Source of the DNA: a virus
Lineage: Duplodnaviria > Caudoviricetes
Virus record (IMG/VR): IMGVR_UViG_2061766007_000941
Span: 5,679 to 69,678 of that record
Strand: one strand, 5' to 3'
DNA length: 64,000 nucleotides
Under the pieces are notes generated by a model. It worked only from the letters and a program-made list of their open reading frames with translations. It made no database searches and had not been told where the DNA came from. Position 1 is the stretch's first letter. Each line of letters begins with the position of its first letter. This document shows, one piece after another, positions 1 to 9,359 of this stretch. The position numbers were made by a program, and so were the translations under genes.

Positions 1-2
1 TC

Positions 3-1814
3 TAGTTCTTTAGTATCAAGCATGTATATATCTCTACGATATTTAAATATAATATAGTTCTCAGCTACTTGAATAGTATTGAATGCATCACAACTAACTG
101 ATGTATTAACAATAACTCTCTTGTATGGTGAATAGTAATCTCCATCATTATAGTCATCACCATTACCAGTAACAACTGAAATGTTTCCACCAAGCGTTTC
201 ATTATCTGAGAATGCTACAATGTGTGAATCGAATACAACAACAGCTATAAGTCTTTCATTCTTATTTGTTCTGAAGTTTAAGTTACCTCCGTAGGAAATA
301 TAATTAATTTGTCCTACAACTGTCTTATACCATTCACAAGAATTATAAGCATCATCATAGAAGATTAATTTAGAACCATCACTAACAACCTTAGTACATG
401 AATGCATTCTTAGGAATTGTTCATCTGGTGCTATATATCCATGATTAGCTCTAGTAGTAGGATCATTCCATCCTTGTGCTCTACAATATTGTAAAGTGTA
501 TTCTGGATGGTATGCTTGTTGTACTTTTCTAGTAATATGTGTCTTACTATATTGTGCAACAGCTTGATCAGCAACTAAATCTCTTTTAGTTTGTTGTCCA
601 CCATCAATATATATTTGACCTTCATCTCTATCAAATGAATAAGTCTTTGTAGCCATATCATAATTTTGTTGGAAGTCTGATGTTAATGTACATCTGATAA
701 ATAACTCTTGACCAGCTACAGGTTGCACTCCATTATTTAATTGTGTTAATTGTGCACCTGTAAGTGATAATGTAGTTAGTCCCTTAGAACTTAAGCTATT
801 AGGATTTAAATCTTTATCCCAGAATACAACAACTTGCCAAGGTTTATCAGCACCAAATCTAGCTTCCCATTTGTAATATAAATCTTCTTTTTCATATCCT
901 TTTAAGCAATTAACTTTAGCTGTAGCAGTAATACCACTTGTGATATTGTTGCCAGCTAATACTTTAGGTTCTGTTATGATTTGACCTATAGCAGTTTTAG
1001 GAACATTATCAACATCATCAGCATAATGATTTGGGAATGGTGATAAGTTATTAACACCTATGTTTTGTATTTCCCAACTATTAGGTTCGTAAGCTCCTAA
1101 GATATATCCATATAGATAATAATCATTAGCTTCTGAATCAAACTTCTCTTCTATTCTTAGTATTCTTAATCCAGTTGCCATAAAGAAATATGTTACTTCT
1201 TCATTTCTGTAGCCATCTGAATTAGGAACAGTTGTTGAACCGTGTGGGTTCATATTAAGTTTAGCAGGAATACCTTGAACCCTTTTAGTATTTTGGATAA
1301 TAAGAGTATCTTGATATTCATCTGGTTCAGGTACATATGTAGGATCATCATTATTACCTGCATAGAAGTGATAAATAAATCCTTCTGTATCCTGAGTTAA
1401 ATCTACTTCTTCTCTAATTTCTAGGTCTATAGCGTAGTTAGTACAATCATCTCTTGATGTAGTATGAGGAACATCAATTAATAATAAGTTCATATCAATC
1501 TCATCATTTGAATTTGTATATGATCCATAAAAAATGTGACCATTTCTTACTGAGATAATATAATCTTTGTGCTCAGCTGAGAACATGAAGTCACCTTGTG
1601 GTCTTGTATTAATAGGAAGATTTAATCTTTTAATTATCTTTTCTCCTTTTCTGTTTACTAATGATTTATTAACATAGTGACAGTTAAGACCATCTCTTAG
1701 TTCATTCATTTCAAGAGCTTCGTTAGAAAGATTAGTATTAATACCACCATCAAATTGATCATATGTTGCTGGTGTATCATATACATAAGTTCTTACCTTT
1801 TGTACTAATGACAT
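3..1814 (-). CDS. Tail nozzle/stabilisation protein (P22 gp10 / T7 gp12-like), runs off the left edge
   Basis: Absent from the ORF track because there is no stop in the window. ATG at 1814; reads MSLVQKVRTYVYDTPATYDQFDGGINTNLS and stays open to the edge in my translation. N-terminal F-x-GG-I-N motif and position after the adaptor gene are typical. Confidence 0.55.
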   Translation of the reverse strand, partial: MSLVQKVRTYVYDTPATYDQFDGGINTNLSNEALEMNELRDGLNCHYVNKSLVNRKGEKIIKRLNLPINTRPQGDFMFSAEHKDYIISVRNGHIFYGSYTNSNDEIDMNLLLIDVPHTTSRDDCTNYAIDLEIREEVDLTQDTEGFIYHFYAGNNDDPTYVPEPDEYQDTLIIQNTKRVQGIPAKLNMNPHGSTTVPNSDGYRNEEVTYFFMATGLRILRIEEKFDSEANDYYLYGYILGAYEPNSWEIQNIGVNNLSPFPNHYADDVDNVPKTAIGQIITEPKVLAGNNITSGITATAKVNCLKGYEKEDLYYKWEARFGADKPWQVVVFWDKDLNPNSLSSKGLTTLSLTGAQLTQLNNGVQPVAGQELFIRCTLTSDFQQNYDMATKTYSFDRDEGQIYIDGGQQTKRDLVADQAVAQYSKTHITRKVQQAYHPEYTLQYCRAQGWNDPTTRANHGYIAPDEQFLRMHSCTKVVSDGSKLIFYDDAYNSCEWYKTVVGQINYISYGGNLNFRTNKNERLIAVVVFDSHIVAFSDNETLGGNISVVTGNGDDYNDGDYYSPYKRVIVNTSVSCDAFNTIQVAENYIIFKYRRDIYMLDTKEL

Positions 1815-1817
1815 ATA

Positions 1818-2555
1818 CTACACCCTTTCTAAACAAATAGTTCCATCTTCATCTCCATAGTTATCCTCATGTGCTAATACATAAGTTAAGTCTTCTATGT
1901 AGTATTTATAATTATTTAAAGCTAATTGAACTCTATCAGTATCTTTACTATATCTTTGTAAGATAAAGAAGATTCCAAATAGAACTATAGCATCTTCAAA
2001 TTCTTTTCTTAATTTAATTACTGTTGTTTTGTAGTCCTTTAATTGAGGTTGTTCAGGTGCAACTAATCTCTTATCATATCCTAAGATAATTTGTTGTACT
2101 TCTTTGTTTCTGAATCTAACTTCAATATACATTTTATTTCCTTTAGTATAATAGATAGCATCTTTATCTAAGTATGCAAAGTTACTTCTTACAACTTTAG
2201 GATAATCTTCTACAACAATACTATTAATTCTTTCATCAGTTAAAGCTAAGCGTTCTGCTAGATATACTTTATTATCTACAACAACCTTAACATGTAGAGC
2301 GTTTCTATAATCTTCAGGAATATCTATTTCATATAGACCTCCCTTTAAATTAGTGAAATACTTTTCATCCTCAGGTAATTCAACATCTTCTTCTATTACT
2401 GGTTGTGGTAAGTAAGGTTGTTCATTAAACTCTCTGTATCCCCTACTTGTAATATCTGCGAAACAGTTTTCAATAATAGTTTGAAGAACATTTTCAGTTA
2501 GTACATCTAAACCAGTACTCTCTCTGATTCTTTGATATAAATCCTTATAAGTCAT
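1818..2555 (-). CDS. Head-tail adaptor / tail tubular protein A-like
   Basis: 245 aa, between capsid and nozzle genes; helical N-terminus MTYKDLYQRIRESTG; mainly positional inference. Confidence 0.45.
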   Translation of the reverse strand: MTYKDLYQRIRESTGLDVLTENVLQTIIENCFADITSRGYREFNEQPYLPQPVIEEDVELPEDEKYFTNLKGGLYEIDIPEDYRNALHVKVVVDNKVYLAERLALTDERINSIVVEDYPKVVRSNFAYLDKDAIYYTKGNKMYIEVRFRNKEVQQIILGYDKRLVAPEQPQLKDYKTTVIKLRKEFEDAIVLFGIFFILQRYSKDTDRVQLALNNYKYYIEDLTYVLAHEDNYGDEDGTICLERV

Positions 2556-2929
2556 TATATTTCCCTCCCTACCATAGTTTCTATAGTTTTCAATGTTCGA
2601 GTAGTAAGTAAATCAAAACCTTTTTGATCATTATCTTCTAAGGTTTTATTGTGCATAGCTCTTTCTCCTTCTAGCTCTAAGCCAAACTTCTTGACATCAT
2701 TGGCTAGAATGTCAGTTACCAACCAGCCATTTAACATATCATCTTCAATAACAGCATTCAAACTTTCATCATTATAAGCAAATGATTTAGTGGAATGAAG
2801 TTCATATGTATCTCTGGCTGTGTTAAATAATAGTAACAAAGTATTATTAGATGCAGCGAGTACTCGTTCAAAAAGATTACATATGTTAACAGGCTTTAAA
2901 TATGGATGTGTTCTTAAGAAAGTATTCAT
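2555..2929 (-). CDS. Hypothetical virion-module protein (likely start MNTFLR at 2929)
   Basis: ORF with GGTAGG RBS; stop overlaps the next start. Confidence 0.55.
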   Translation of the reverse strand: MNTFLRTHPYLKPVNICNLFERVLAASNNTLLLLFNTARDTYELHSTKSFAYNDESLNAVIEDDMLNGWLVTDILANDVKKFGLELEGERAMHNKTLEDNDQKGFDLLTTRTLKTIETMVGREI

Positions 2930-2954
2930 ATTTACACCTACCTTCACTGATTTA

Positions 2955-2963
2955 ATTATAACA
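2955..2963 (-). promoter_or_regulatory. Extended -10 promoter (TGtTATAAT) directly behind the capsid terminator
   Basis: Reverse complement of attataaca at 2955-2963. Confidence 0.55.
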
Positions 2964-2993
2964 AAAAAGGAAGAGATAGTCTATATCTCCTCC
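2963..2993 (-). terminator. Rho-independent terminator after the major capsid gene
   Basis: GGAGGAGATA-tagac-TATCTCTTCC followed by T6. Confidence 0.8.
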
Positions 2994-3008
2994 TGATGTG
3001 ATCTCTTA

Positions 3009-4301
3009 TTAAACAGTTTCGGCAGCGTTGATGAATGCAGCATGTGACTTCCATGCATCAATATACATATCAGCATATTTAGTCATGATACCTTCATAGA
3101 TTTCAGAACCATCTCTTCTTTCTAATACTTGATGATTTCCAGAAGTGATCCATCCGAATTCTTTTCTTACTAATTCACCAATCTTGTCAGTGTCTAGTAA
3201 GTAAACATTTTTATCTCTAGAATATTTATCTTTGTATAAAGTATAAGTATCAAACTTAATATCTTTTCTACCTAAATTGAATCCAGTGTTTCCACTATCA
3301 ATCATATATTCTTTAAATTGATATAATGATTTTTCAATTGTAGAGATAATCTTGTGGTTAGATGCTACTAACTTAACGCTAGAATCATCAGCACAACTTA
3401 CTTCGATATGGTCTGCCATATCTCTTAATTTAGATTCTGTTAATAGAGTATTATTTAAATCTTGAACTGTGCAGTTTAATGTTTTATAAACATTTCTATC
3501 TACACCAAAGATATTATTATTTTGAGTAATAACGATATCTTGTAAACCAGTATATTCTGGAACGATAGCTGCAGATTTATTTAATTGTCTACTAAATACT
3601 TTAGATCCGTTAACAACATCAGCTAAAGCTTTACCAGTAGCATAGTCTTGTACTAATACAATAACTCTTTCTGATCCAACAGCATCATTATATTTTTGCC
3701 ATACTTTACCTTGAGCGATTATAGAATCGTCAGTAGCATCAGCAAAGGCAACACCCATACCTGGTAAGATTGATAAGCTGTTTCCAACTTTACAATCAAC
3801 TAAATCAGTTGCCATTACATTTCCTGAAGCACTAGCTGCAGTAGTAGTAACATCTGAGATAGTTCCAATTAAACCAGATTTAGAACCATATGTAAATCTG
3901 TTAATTGTATGTTTTAATGACATATTCATTCTTCCTAAAGAATCATTTAATACATCAAAGATAGAACCATCAGTAGTTCCTTTTAAGATAGTTTCGTCAG
4001 TAATTGCGAAAATACCCATTAGCTTAGTAGTGTCGAATTGAGCTTCAACAGTTTCAGCTGCATTAGTGTAATCATTTACACCTAATACATAAGTGTCGTT
4101 ACCGTTTCCTAACATACGAATGTTATCAGTAACACCAAGAGCAAAACTCTTAGTACGATATTTACCTGTTAAAGTATCTTTCTTTAATTTATTAATTAAC
4201 GCTTCCATTGTATTGAATTCGTTTTGTAATCCATCAGTGTATTCAATCTTAAGGAAGTCTTCTAATGATGCTTTAACATTAACATTATTATATTGTATCA
4301 T
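3009..4301 (-). CDS. Major capsid protein
   Basis: 430 aa directly after portal and scaffold, followed by a strong terminator; size and order are typical of HK97-fold capsids. Confidence 0.75.
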   Translation of the reverse strand: MIQYNNVNVKASLEDFLKIEYTDGLQNEFNTMEALINKLKKDTLTGKYRTKSFALGVTDNIRMLGNGNDTYVLGVNDYTNAAETVEAQFDTTKLMGIFAITDETILKGTTDGSIFDVLNDSLGRMNMSLKHTINRFTYGSKSGLIGTISDVTTTAASASGNVMATDLVDCKVGNSLSILPGMGVAFADATDDSIIAQGKVWQKYNDAVGSERVIVLVQDYATGKALADVVNGSKVFSRQLNKSAAIVPEYTGLQDIVITQNNNIFGVDRNVYKTLNCTVQDLNNTLLTESKLRDMADHIEVSCADDSSVKLVASNHKIISTIEKSLYQFKEYMIDSGNTGFNLGRKDIKFDTYTLYKDKYSRDKNVYLLDTDKIGELVRKEFGWITSGNHQVLERRDGSEIYEGIMTKYADMYIDAWKSHAAFINAAETV

Positions 4302-4312
4302 AGCGATACCTC

Positions 4313-4984
4313 CTATTCAAATTTAGATGAATCTAAGTTAAATAGTTTAGTCTTAAAGGCGTTCATTGCTTCTCTTGTATTTTGTACTGTAGGTGGTTTT
4401 ACTTCAGGAGCTCCACCAGCATTAACATCATCACTAGTCATTGTTCTATTTACCATAGAGCTTAGTTCCTTACGGAATGCTTCTTGATCAGCTAGACTAG
4501 CTTCTTCTTTTTTATCTTCAACTTTTGGTTCTTCCTTTACTGGATTAATTACTTTATGGATTGGATGCTCTGCATTTTGCATTGCTCTACCATATAGTAA
4601 TGAGAAAGAATCAATGATGTATCTTACTGATACATTCTTTTCATTCATATATAATTTTAAGAAGTTATTTAATTCATCAGCTAAACAATCATAAACTTCT
4701 TTACCTACTTGTGAGATAATTTCAGTTACAGCTTGTTCAGTGTAATCTTCTCTTCTTTTCTTTTGGAAGTATTCAGTAATCTCTGGTGCAATAGCAGGTG
4801 CAGCATTTGTTGCAGCCTTTACTGTATCCATTTGATTCTCTAAGCTTTTAGCTTTAGCTTCCAATTTAGTTATATATGAGTTTTGGTTTGATCTTTGATT
4901 TTCTAAATCTTGGATCTTCTTTTCAGCTTCCTTTGCTTTAGCTTCTGCTTCAGCAATCTTAGCTTGCATTTCTTCTTCAGTCAT
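4313..4984 (-). CDS. Capsid scaffolding protein
   Basis: Coiled-coil, Glu/Ala/Lys-rich 223 aa between portal and capsid; strong GGAGG RBS. Confidence 0.65.
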   Translation of the reverse strand: MTEEEMQAKIAEAEAKAKEAEKKIQDLENQRSNQNSYITKLEAKAKSLENQMDTVKAATNAAPAIAPEITEYFQKKRREDYTEQAVTEIISQVGKEVYDCLADELNNFLKLYMNEKNVSVRYIIDSFSLLYGRAMQNAEHPIHKVINPVKEEPKVEDKKEEASLADQEAFRKELSSMVNRTMTSDDVNAGGAPEVKPPTVQNTREAMNAFKTKLFNLDSSKFE

Positions 4985-5040
4985 AGTATCTCCTCCTTAA
5001 TATGCTGTACTATGTAATCCTTGGCTCTTATGAGCTGTAA

Positions 5041-6951
5041 TTATAATAACGCCTTGGCATTCTCGTAGACACCTTTATTAGAAGTATCTTGTTTGAACTT
5101 AGAGTGTTCCTCGATATGCTTTTTCATACTCTCCTGAACATATTCATAAAGCTCTGGATCACTCTTTTTCAAGCTTCTTACTTGTGCAGATAATCTAAAC
5201 ACTGTGTGTTCTAAGATATGTTGTTCATGATTATCATAATCATGTACTTCAATATCTATCTTATCTAACAAGTCTTGTTGCTCATCACGAATACAATCGT
5301 GGTTAGCTCTTTCAATTGGATCTAGAGTATCTTTTAGATATCCTGAATTCAAGGAATCTAATATCTCTAATTTGGTGATATATGATAAACCACCTTGAGG
5401 ATTATACACACCCAAATTTGAGGCTTGCGTCATTTTTAATTGACGAGCTTGATCTGATTGCATCAGGAATTCCCTGTTTACAATTTCTAGATTCTCTGGA
5501 TCTATTCCTCTTAAGTTATATTTTAGCATATAACTGTCTAATTTAGCAAGTTTCAAGACATCTCTCAACTTACTCTCTCTATCTAACTCAGTGTAAAGTA
5601 CATGTCTGAATAGTCTTACCATGCATCCTGAGATAGAATCAATAGCATTAGTTAACTTATTTTGGTCTGCTTCGCCAATCTTATCTGCTACGCCATCAGT
5701 TCTAACAGAACTCTTTGACATACCATATGCTGATATTTGTGATAGACCTGCAGTAACTAACATGTCTTCCTCAATAGATTTAAGATAATTAGTTATCTCT
5801 GTACCTATTTGAGCTTTAACTACTGGTTCTGGTTTCTTAGCATTACGCTTTAAATGTATGAATTGTCCTGGCTTATTAGTAATAGCATTAGGATTAACTA
5901 AAGTGTTTTGCCATACATACATTTGACCAATAGATAAATGATTTATATGTTCTAGTAATCTATTCTTAATACTATTGTAAGTATCTTGAATAGGAATGAT
6001 TTGACTATAAACTGTAACACTAACTAAATGATTAGGTACTGTTTGTAAGTTTAAGAAGTCAAATGGTATTTCTCTTTTACCATTAGAATTATTATATGGA
6101 AGATCTCCTTGATATAATATTTCATCATTGATAAATAACATATAATGACCATTAGGATAAATAGCATCTGGTTTACGATAATATTCATAAACATATGCAT
6201 ATTTATTTTGTTCAAATCTGTTACTATCAGAATATCTTACATCAGCTAAGAAATATCTAGGATCTATTTGTTCAGGCTTAGCCTCAAATCCCCATCTCTT
6301 TCTAATGTATTCAAGTGAGAACATTCTTCTATGAACAAGTTCATTAATATCTTCCATAGATTCAACAGCAAGTGAATCAACTAAGATTTCATGCATTGGT
6401 ATAACATCAATGAATACTCTACCTTCTCTAATGCTTCTCTTTGCATTTGCTTTAAAATCTTTATCACTAGGCTTTTTGATAGTAATATCTCTAACTTCAA
6501 TCTCATCACCTTTAGACCAATCAATACCTGTCTTGAACCATACAAGTCCAAAGACATCTGCTTGTTGTACAGCCTTTTGATATTTATCATCAAAGTGAAT
6601 ATCTTTTCTAAATGCTTCTAGGAATTTATTTCCTTCAACTGCATTAGTTACAGATTCTTCTCTGTTGTCTGTACCTCTAAATCCTGTAATAGGTTGGTTT
6701 TGAGAAAGGATACCATATCTAGTTAAATAGATAGGTAACATTCTGTTAAATACTTTTCTCTCTAAGTATAAACTATTGTGAGTCTTCATACCCTCAATAG
6801 CAAGAATTCTATCATTGATGCGTCTGTATTGCATACCTTGAATATAAGCCTTATTGAGTTCACCAGATAAAACGAATGGTCTTAATCTTAAGTCTGCATC
6901 GTTAACAAATGAATGAACTCTGTTTAATAATTCTCTATTACCGTTAACCAT
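5041..6951 (-). CDS. Portal protein
   Basis: 636 aa downstream of TerL and upstream of scaffold; helical C-terminal region; podovirus portal size. Confidence 0.75.
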   Translation of the reverse strand: MVNGNRELLNRVHSFVNDADLRLRPFVLSGELNKAYIQGMQYRRINDRILAIEGMKTHNSLYLERKVFNRMLPIYLTRYGILSQNQPITGFRGTDNREESVTNAVEGNKFLEAFRKDIHFDDKYQKAVQQADVFGLVWFKTGIDWSKGDEIEVRDITIKKPSDKDFKANAKRSIREGRVFIDVIPMHEILVDSLAVESMEDINELVHRRMFSLEYIRKRWGFEAKPEQIDPRYFLADVRYSDSNRFEQNKYAYVYEYYRKPDAIYPNGHYMLFINDEILYQGDLPYNNSNGKREIPFDFLNLQTVPNHLVSVTVYSQIIPIQDTYNSIKNRLLEHINHLSIGQMYVWQNTLVNPNAITNKPGQFIHLKRNAKKPEPVVKAQIGTEITNYLKSIEEDMLVTAGLSQISAYGMSKSSVRTDGVADKIGEADQNKLTNAIDSISGCMVRLFRHVLYTELDRESKLRDVLKLAKLDSYMLKYNLRGIDPENLEIVNREFLMQSDQARQLKMTQASNLGVYNPQGGLSYITKLEILDSLNSGYLKDTLDPIERANHDCIRDEQQDLLDKIDIEVHDYDNHEQHILEHTVFRLSAQVRSLKKSDPELYEYVQESMKKHIEEHSKFKQDTSNKGVYENAKALL

Positions 6952-7268
6952 TATAGATCAGCGTTCTCTTCTTTGAATTGATCAACATCAAATTCATGAG
7001 GATTAAAATAATTATCCTCACCATTGGCTTCATTCAAAATATCTTCAACGCTTGTTCCTTGATTACCTGTATTGGTAACCATATCAGTCTGTGGAGTTTC
7101 TAAATTAATAGAACCAAGCACATCACTTATGATGCATACTTGTCTTTTATTTACTTCACTAAACAATAATAAGAAATTATATAGGACTATAGATATACAT
7201 GTTATAGCAATACCAAGTAACACACCCATGATTATAATAACTATTAATAGCATTATTAATGGATCCAT
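6951..7268 (-). CDS. Small membrane-anchored protein
   Basis: Long hydrophobic N-terminus (LIMLLIVIIIMGVLLGIAITCISIVLYNFLLLF); GGAGG RBS. Confidence 0.6.
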   Translation of the reverse strand: MDPLIMLLIVIIIMGVLLGIAITCISIVLYNFLLLFSEVNKRQVCIISDVLGSINLETPQTDMVTNTGNQGTSVEDILNEANGEDNYFNPHEFDVDQFKEENADL

Positions 7269-7278
7269 GTTTTACCTC

Positions 7279-7752
7279 CTATTTTTTCTTAGTAGTTTTC
7301 TTCTCTTCCTTTACTGGAATTTCAGCTTCTTCAAACACTACTGGTTCTTCTACTGATTCCTTAGCTGTTTCTTCAACAGTTTCTTCAGCAACTTCTTCAG
7401 TTGGTTCTTCTACTTCTGGAGTTTCAACTTCTTCAGTTGATTCTTCAGGAGTTTCTTCAGCTGGTGCTTCTTCAGCAACAACTGGTTCAGCAGTTTCTTC
7501 AACTACTTCTTTCTTCTCTGCTTTTCTAGCATCAGAAATTTTTAATTCAAGAACTTCTTCTAAATAATCTTTGCTATCTAAGATAGCTTGTCTTAAGATT
7601 TTGGAATTGAAGAACATCTTTGAACCCATAAATTCTTCATGTAAGAAAGCTATATCTCCTCTACTATATTCAGGACCAAATGGTACACCTGGAATAAAAG
7701 TAGCAGAAGATGGATCAGAGAATGTCTTTTCTGTTGGTTTAAATACAAACAT
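7279..7752 (-). CDS. Hypothetical protein with low-complexity acidic (EET/AEE) tail
   Basis: ORF with RBS, Glu-rich C-terminal half. Confidence 0.65.
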   Translation of the reverse strand: MFVFKPTEKTFSDPSSATFIPGVPFGPEYSRGDIAFLHEEFMGSKMFFNSKILRQAILDSKDYLEEVLELKISDARKAEKKEVVEETAEPVVAEEAPAEETPEESTEEVETPEVEEPTEEVAEETVEETAKESVEEPVVFEEAEIPVKEEKKTTKKK

Positions 7753-7775
7753 AATTTATTCCTCCTTATAGTTAA

Positions 7776-7804
7776 ATTATAGCATTAAAAGTAATCTTCT
7801 TCAA
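7776..7804 (-). promoter_or_regulatory. SigmaA-type promoter for the head operon
   Basis: TTGAAG-17-TATAAT with TG extension (TGcTATAAT). Confidence 0.65.
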
Positions 7805-9359
7805 TAGATACACCAAAGAAGGGTTCTTCAGCCATAGCATCTAATTCCTCTTCTTCATCATCTAGTTTTCTTTGAAGCTTAGTTCTAGTATCAACTTCTA
7901 CATCATCAAAGCCTATAGGAGCAATGTCACTTGAGTAGAATACTAGGAATAAACCATATGCATCTAGTGCATGGTCAAGACAACCTTTAGCTATTTGTCC
8001 TACATTTATATCATCATATACTGCATTGTCAAATTCATTTAATAGATTTGTACACAATCTAGATATTCTAAATATAGGAACACCATCAGCTCCTACTAAT
8101 TGAGTAGCTGAATGTAATTTGTCATAACGCATTTCAACTTTACCTTTACCTGAATCAACACCTATAGGGTTTAAACCATAGTACTCAAATACATCTGATT
8201 TCATTTCTCCTATAACTCTACCTGAATCATCACGATATCTATCTCCGTTACGATACATATCATGTGGTAATAGTGTAGCTGTTATGTTATAACCTTTACT
8301 TTGTTCTTTAATTTCTTTTACGAAATCTTCAAATATTAATTCTTGTCCATACATTTCTTTAAATGATATTACTCTTCCATCAGGGAATACTGCATGCCAT
8401 ATAGCAGAATGGTATGAAGGTTTATAACCCCAGTCAATAGATATATAGATGTCTGTTAACTCTGGGTTTTTATCTACTTCAGAGAATGCCAACTTAGGAT
8501 CAAGTATAGCTTCTTCTTTAACATCAAACATTCTACCAGCTACTACATCCCAGTTACCATAAAGATCCATTTGTTTTCTATAATCATCTTGCATTTCTAG
8601 CATTGCTGCATAAGATGCATTTAAGAATGGATTATCTTTATATGATGCTGGTATGAATCTAACAGTTACTTTAATATCACCTTTAGCTGTATGCATCATT
8701 TCTACATGGTCTTTAGTTTCAATAGGAGCATTTGTTACAGGGTCATAAGATACAACAGTAGTATCAATAAATCTTCTTTTAACCCATTTATGTCCTCTAC
8801 CTCCAGGGTTACAACCTAATACTACCTTAGTAGGTATTCTTAATGTTTTACCTGTATAAGGATTTGTTTGAACTGTAGAACGAACTGTAGATAACAAGTA
8901 ATTAAATGTTCTTTCATCTTGCTTAGTAACTTCATCAATAGCAAGATAATGAAATTCCCAACCTTGTTTACTTACTGCTTCTCTATAGTCAGCAACTCTT
9001 TGAAGAGTAATGTAACTACCATTAGGGAATATAATTGAACGAGATGGATACCAACTACTTGACTTTTCTCTGTAGTCATAGATTTGTTGACCATCTACTT
9101 TTTGTGGAAACAATGTAGGTAATTTATCTAGGAACGATTGTTTAACAGCATCAAGGTTTTCACGGATGATACAACATTTAGCTCCTGGATATGTGGTACA
9201 GAACATGAAGGCATCAGCGAGAATACCCGCTGATTTACCTCCACCTCTTGAACCACCATACAATGTTATGGATATCTCATCAAAGCTAACTGGTGCATTA
9301 TGTAGCATCAATTGCTTTGCATGAGGTTGATATGTTGGTGTGACCATTACAGTTGCCAT
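7785..9359 (-). CDS. terL: Terminase large subunit
   Basis: Walker A GGSRGGGKS, Walker B LAIDEVT, coupling motif GCNPGG, RNase H-like nuclease start ISIDWGY. Confidence 0.92.
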   Translation of the reverse strand: MATVMVTPTYQPHAKQLMLHNAPVSFDEISITLYGGSRGGGKSAGILADAFMFCTTYPGAKCCIIRENLDAVKQSFLDKLPTLFPQKVDGQQIYDYREKSSSWYPSRSIIFPNGSYITLQRVADYREAVSKQGWEFHYLAIDEVTKQDERTFNYLLSTVRSTVQTNPYTGKTLRIPTKVVLGCNPGGRGHKWVKRRFIDTTVVSYDPVTNAPIETKDHVEMMHTAKGDIKVTVRFIPASYKDNPFLNASYAAMLEMQDDYRKQMDLYGNWDVVAGRMFDVKEEAILDPKLAFSEVDKNPELTDIYISIDWGYKPSYHSAIWHAVFPDGRVISFKEMYGQELIFEDFVKEIKEQSKGYNITATLLPHDMYRNGDRYRDDSGRVIGEMKSDVFEYYGLNPIGVDSGKGKVEMRYDKLHSATQLVGADGVPIFRISRLCTNLLNEFDNAVYDDINVGQIAKGCLDHALDAYGLFLVFYSSDIAPIGFDDVEVDTRTKLQRKLDDEEEELDAMAEEPFFGVSIEEDYF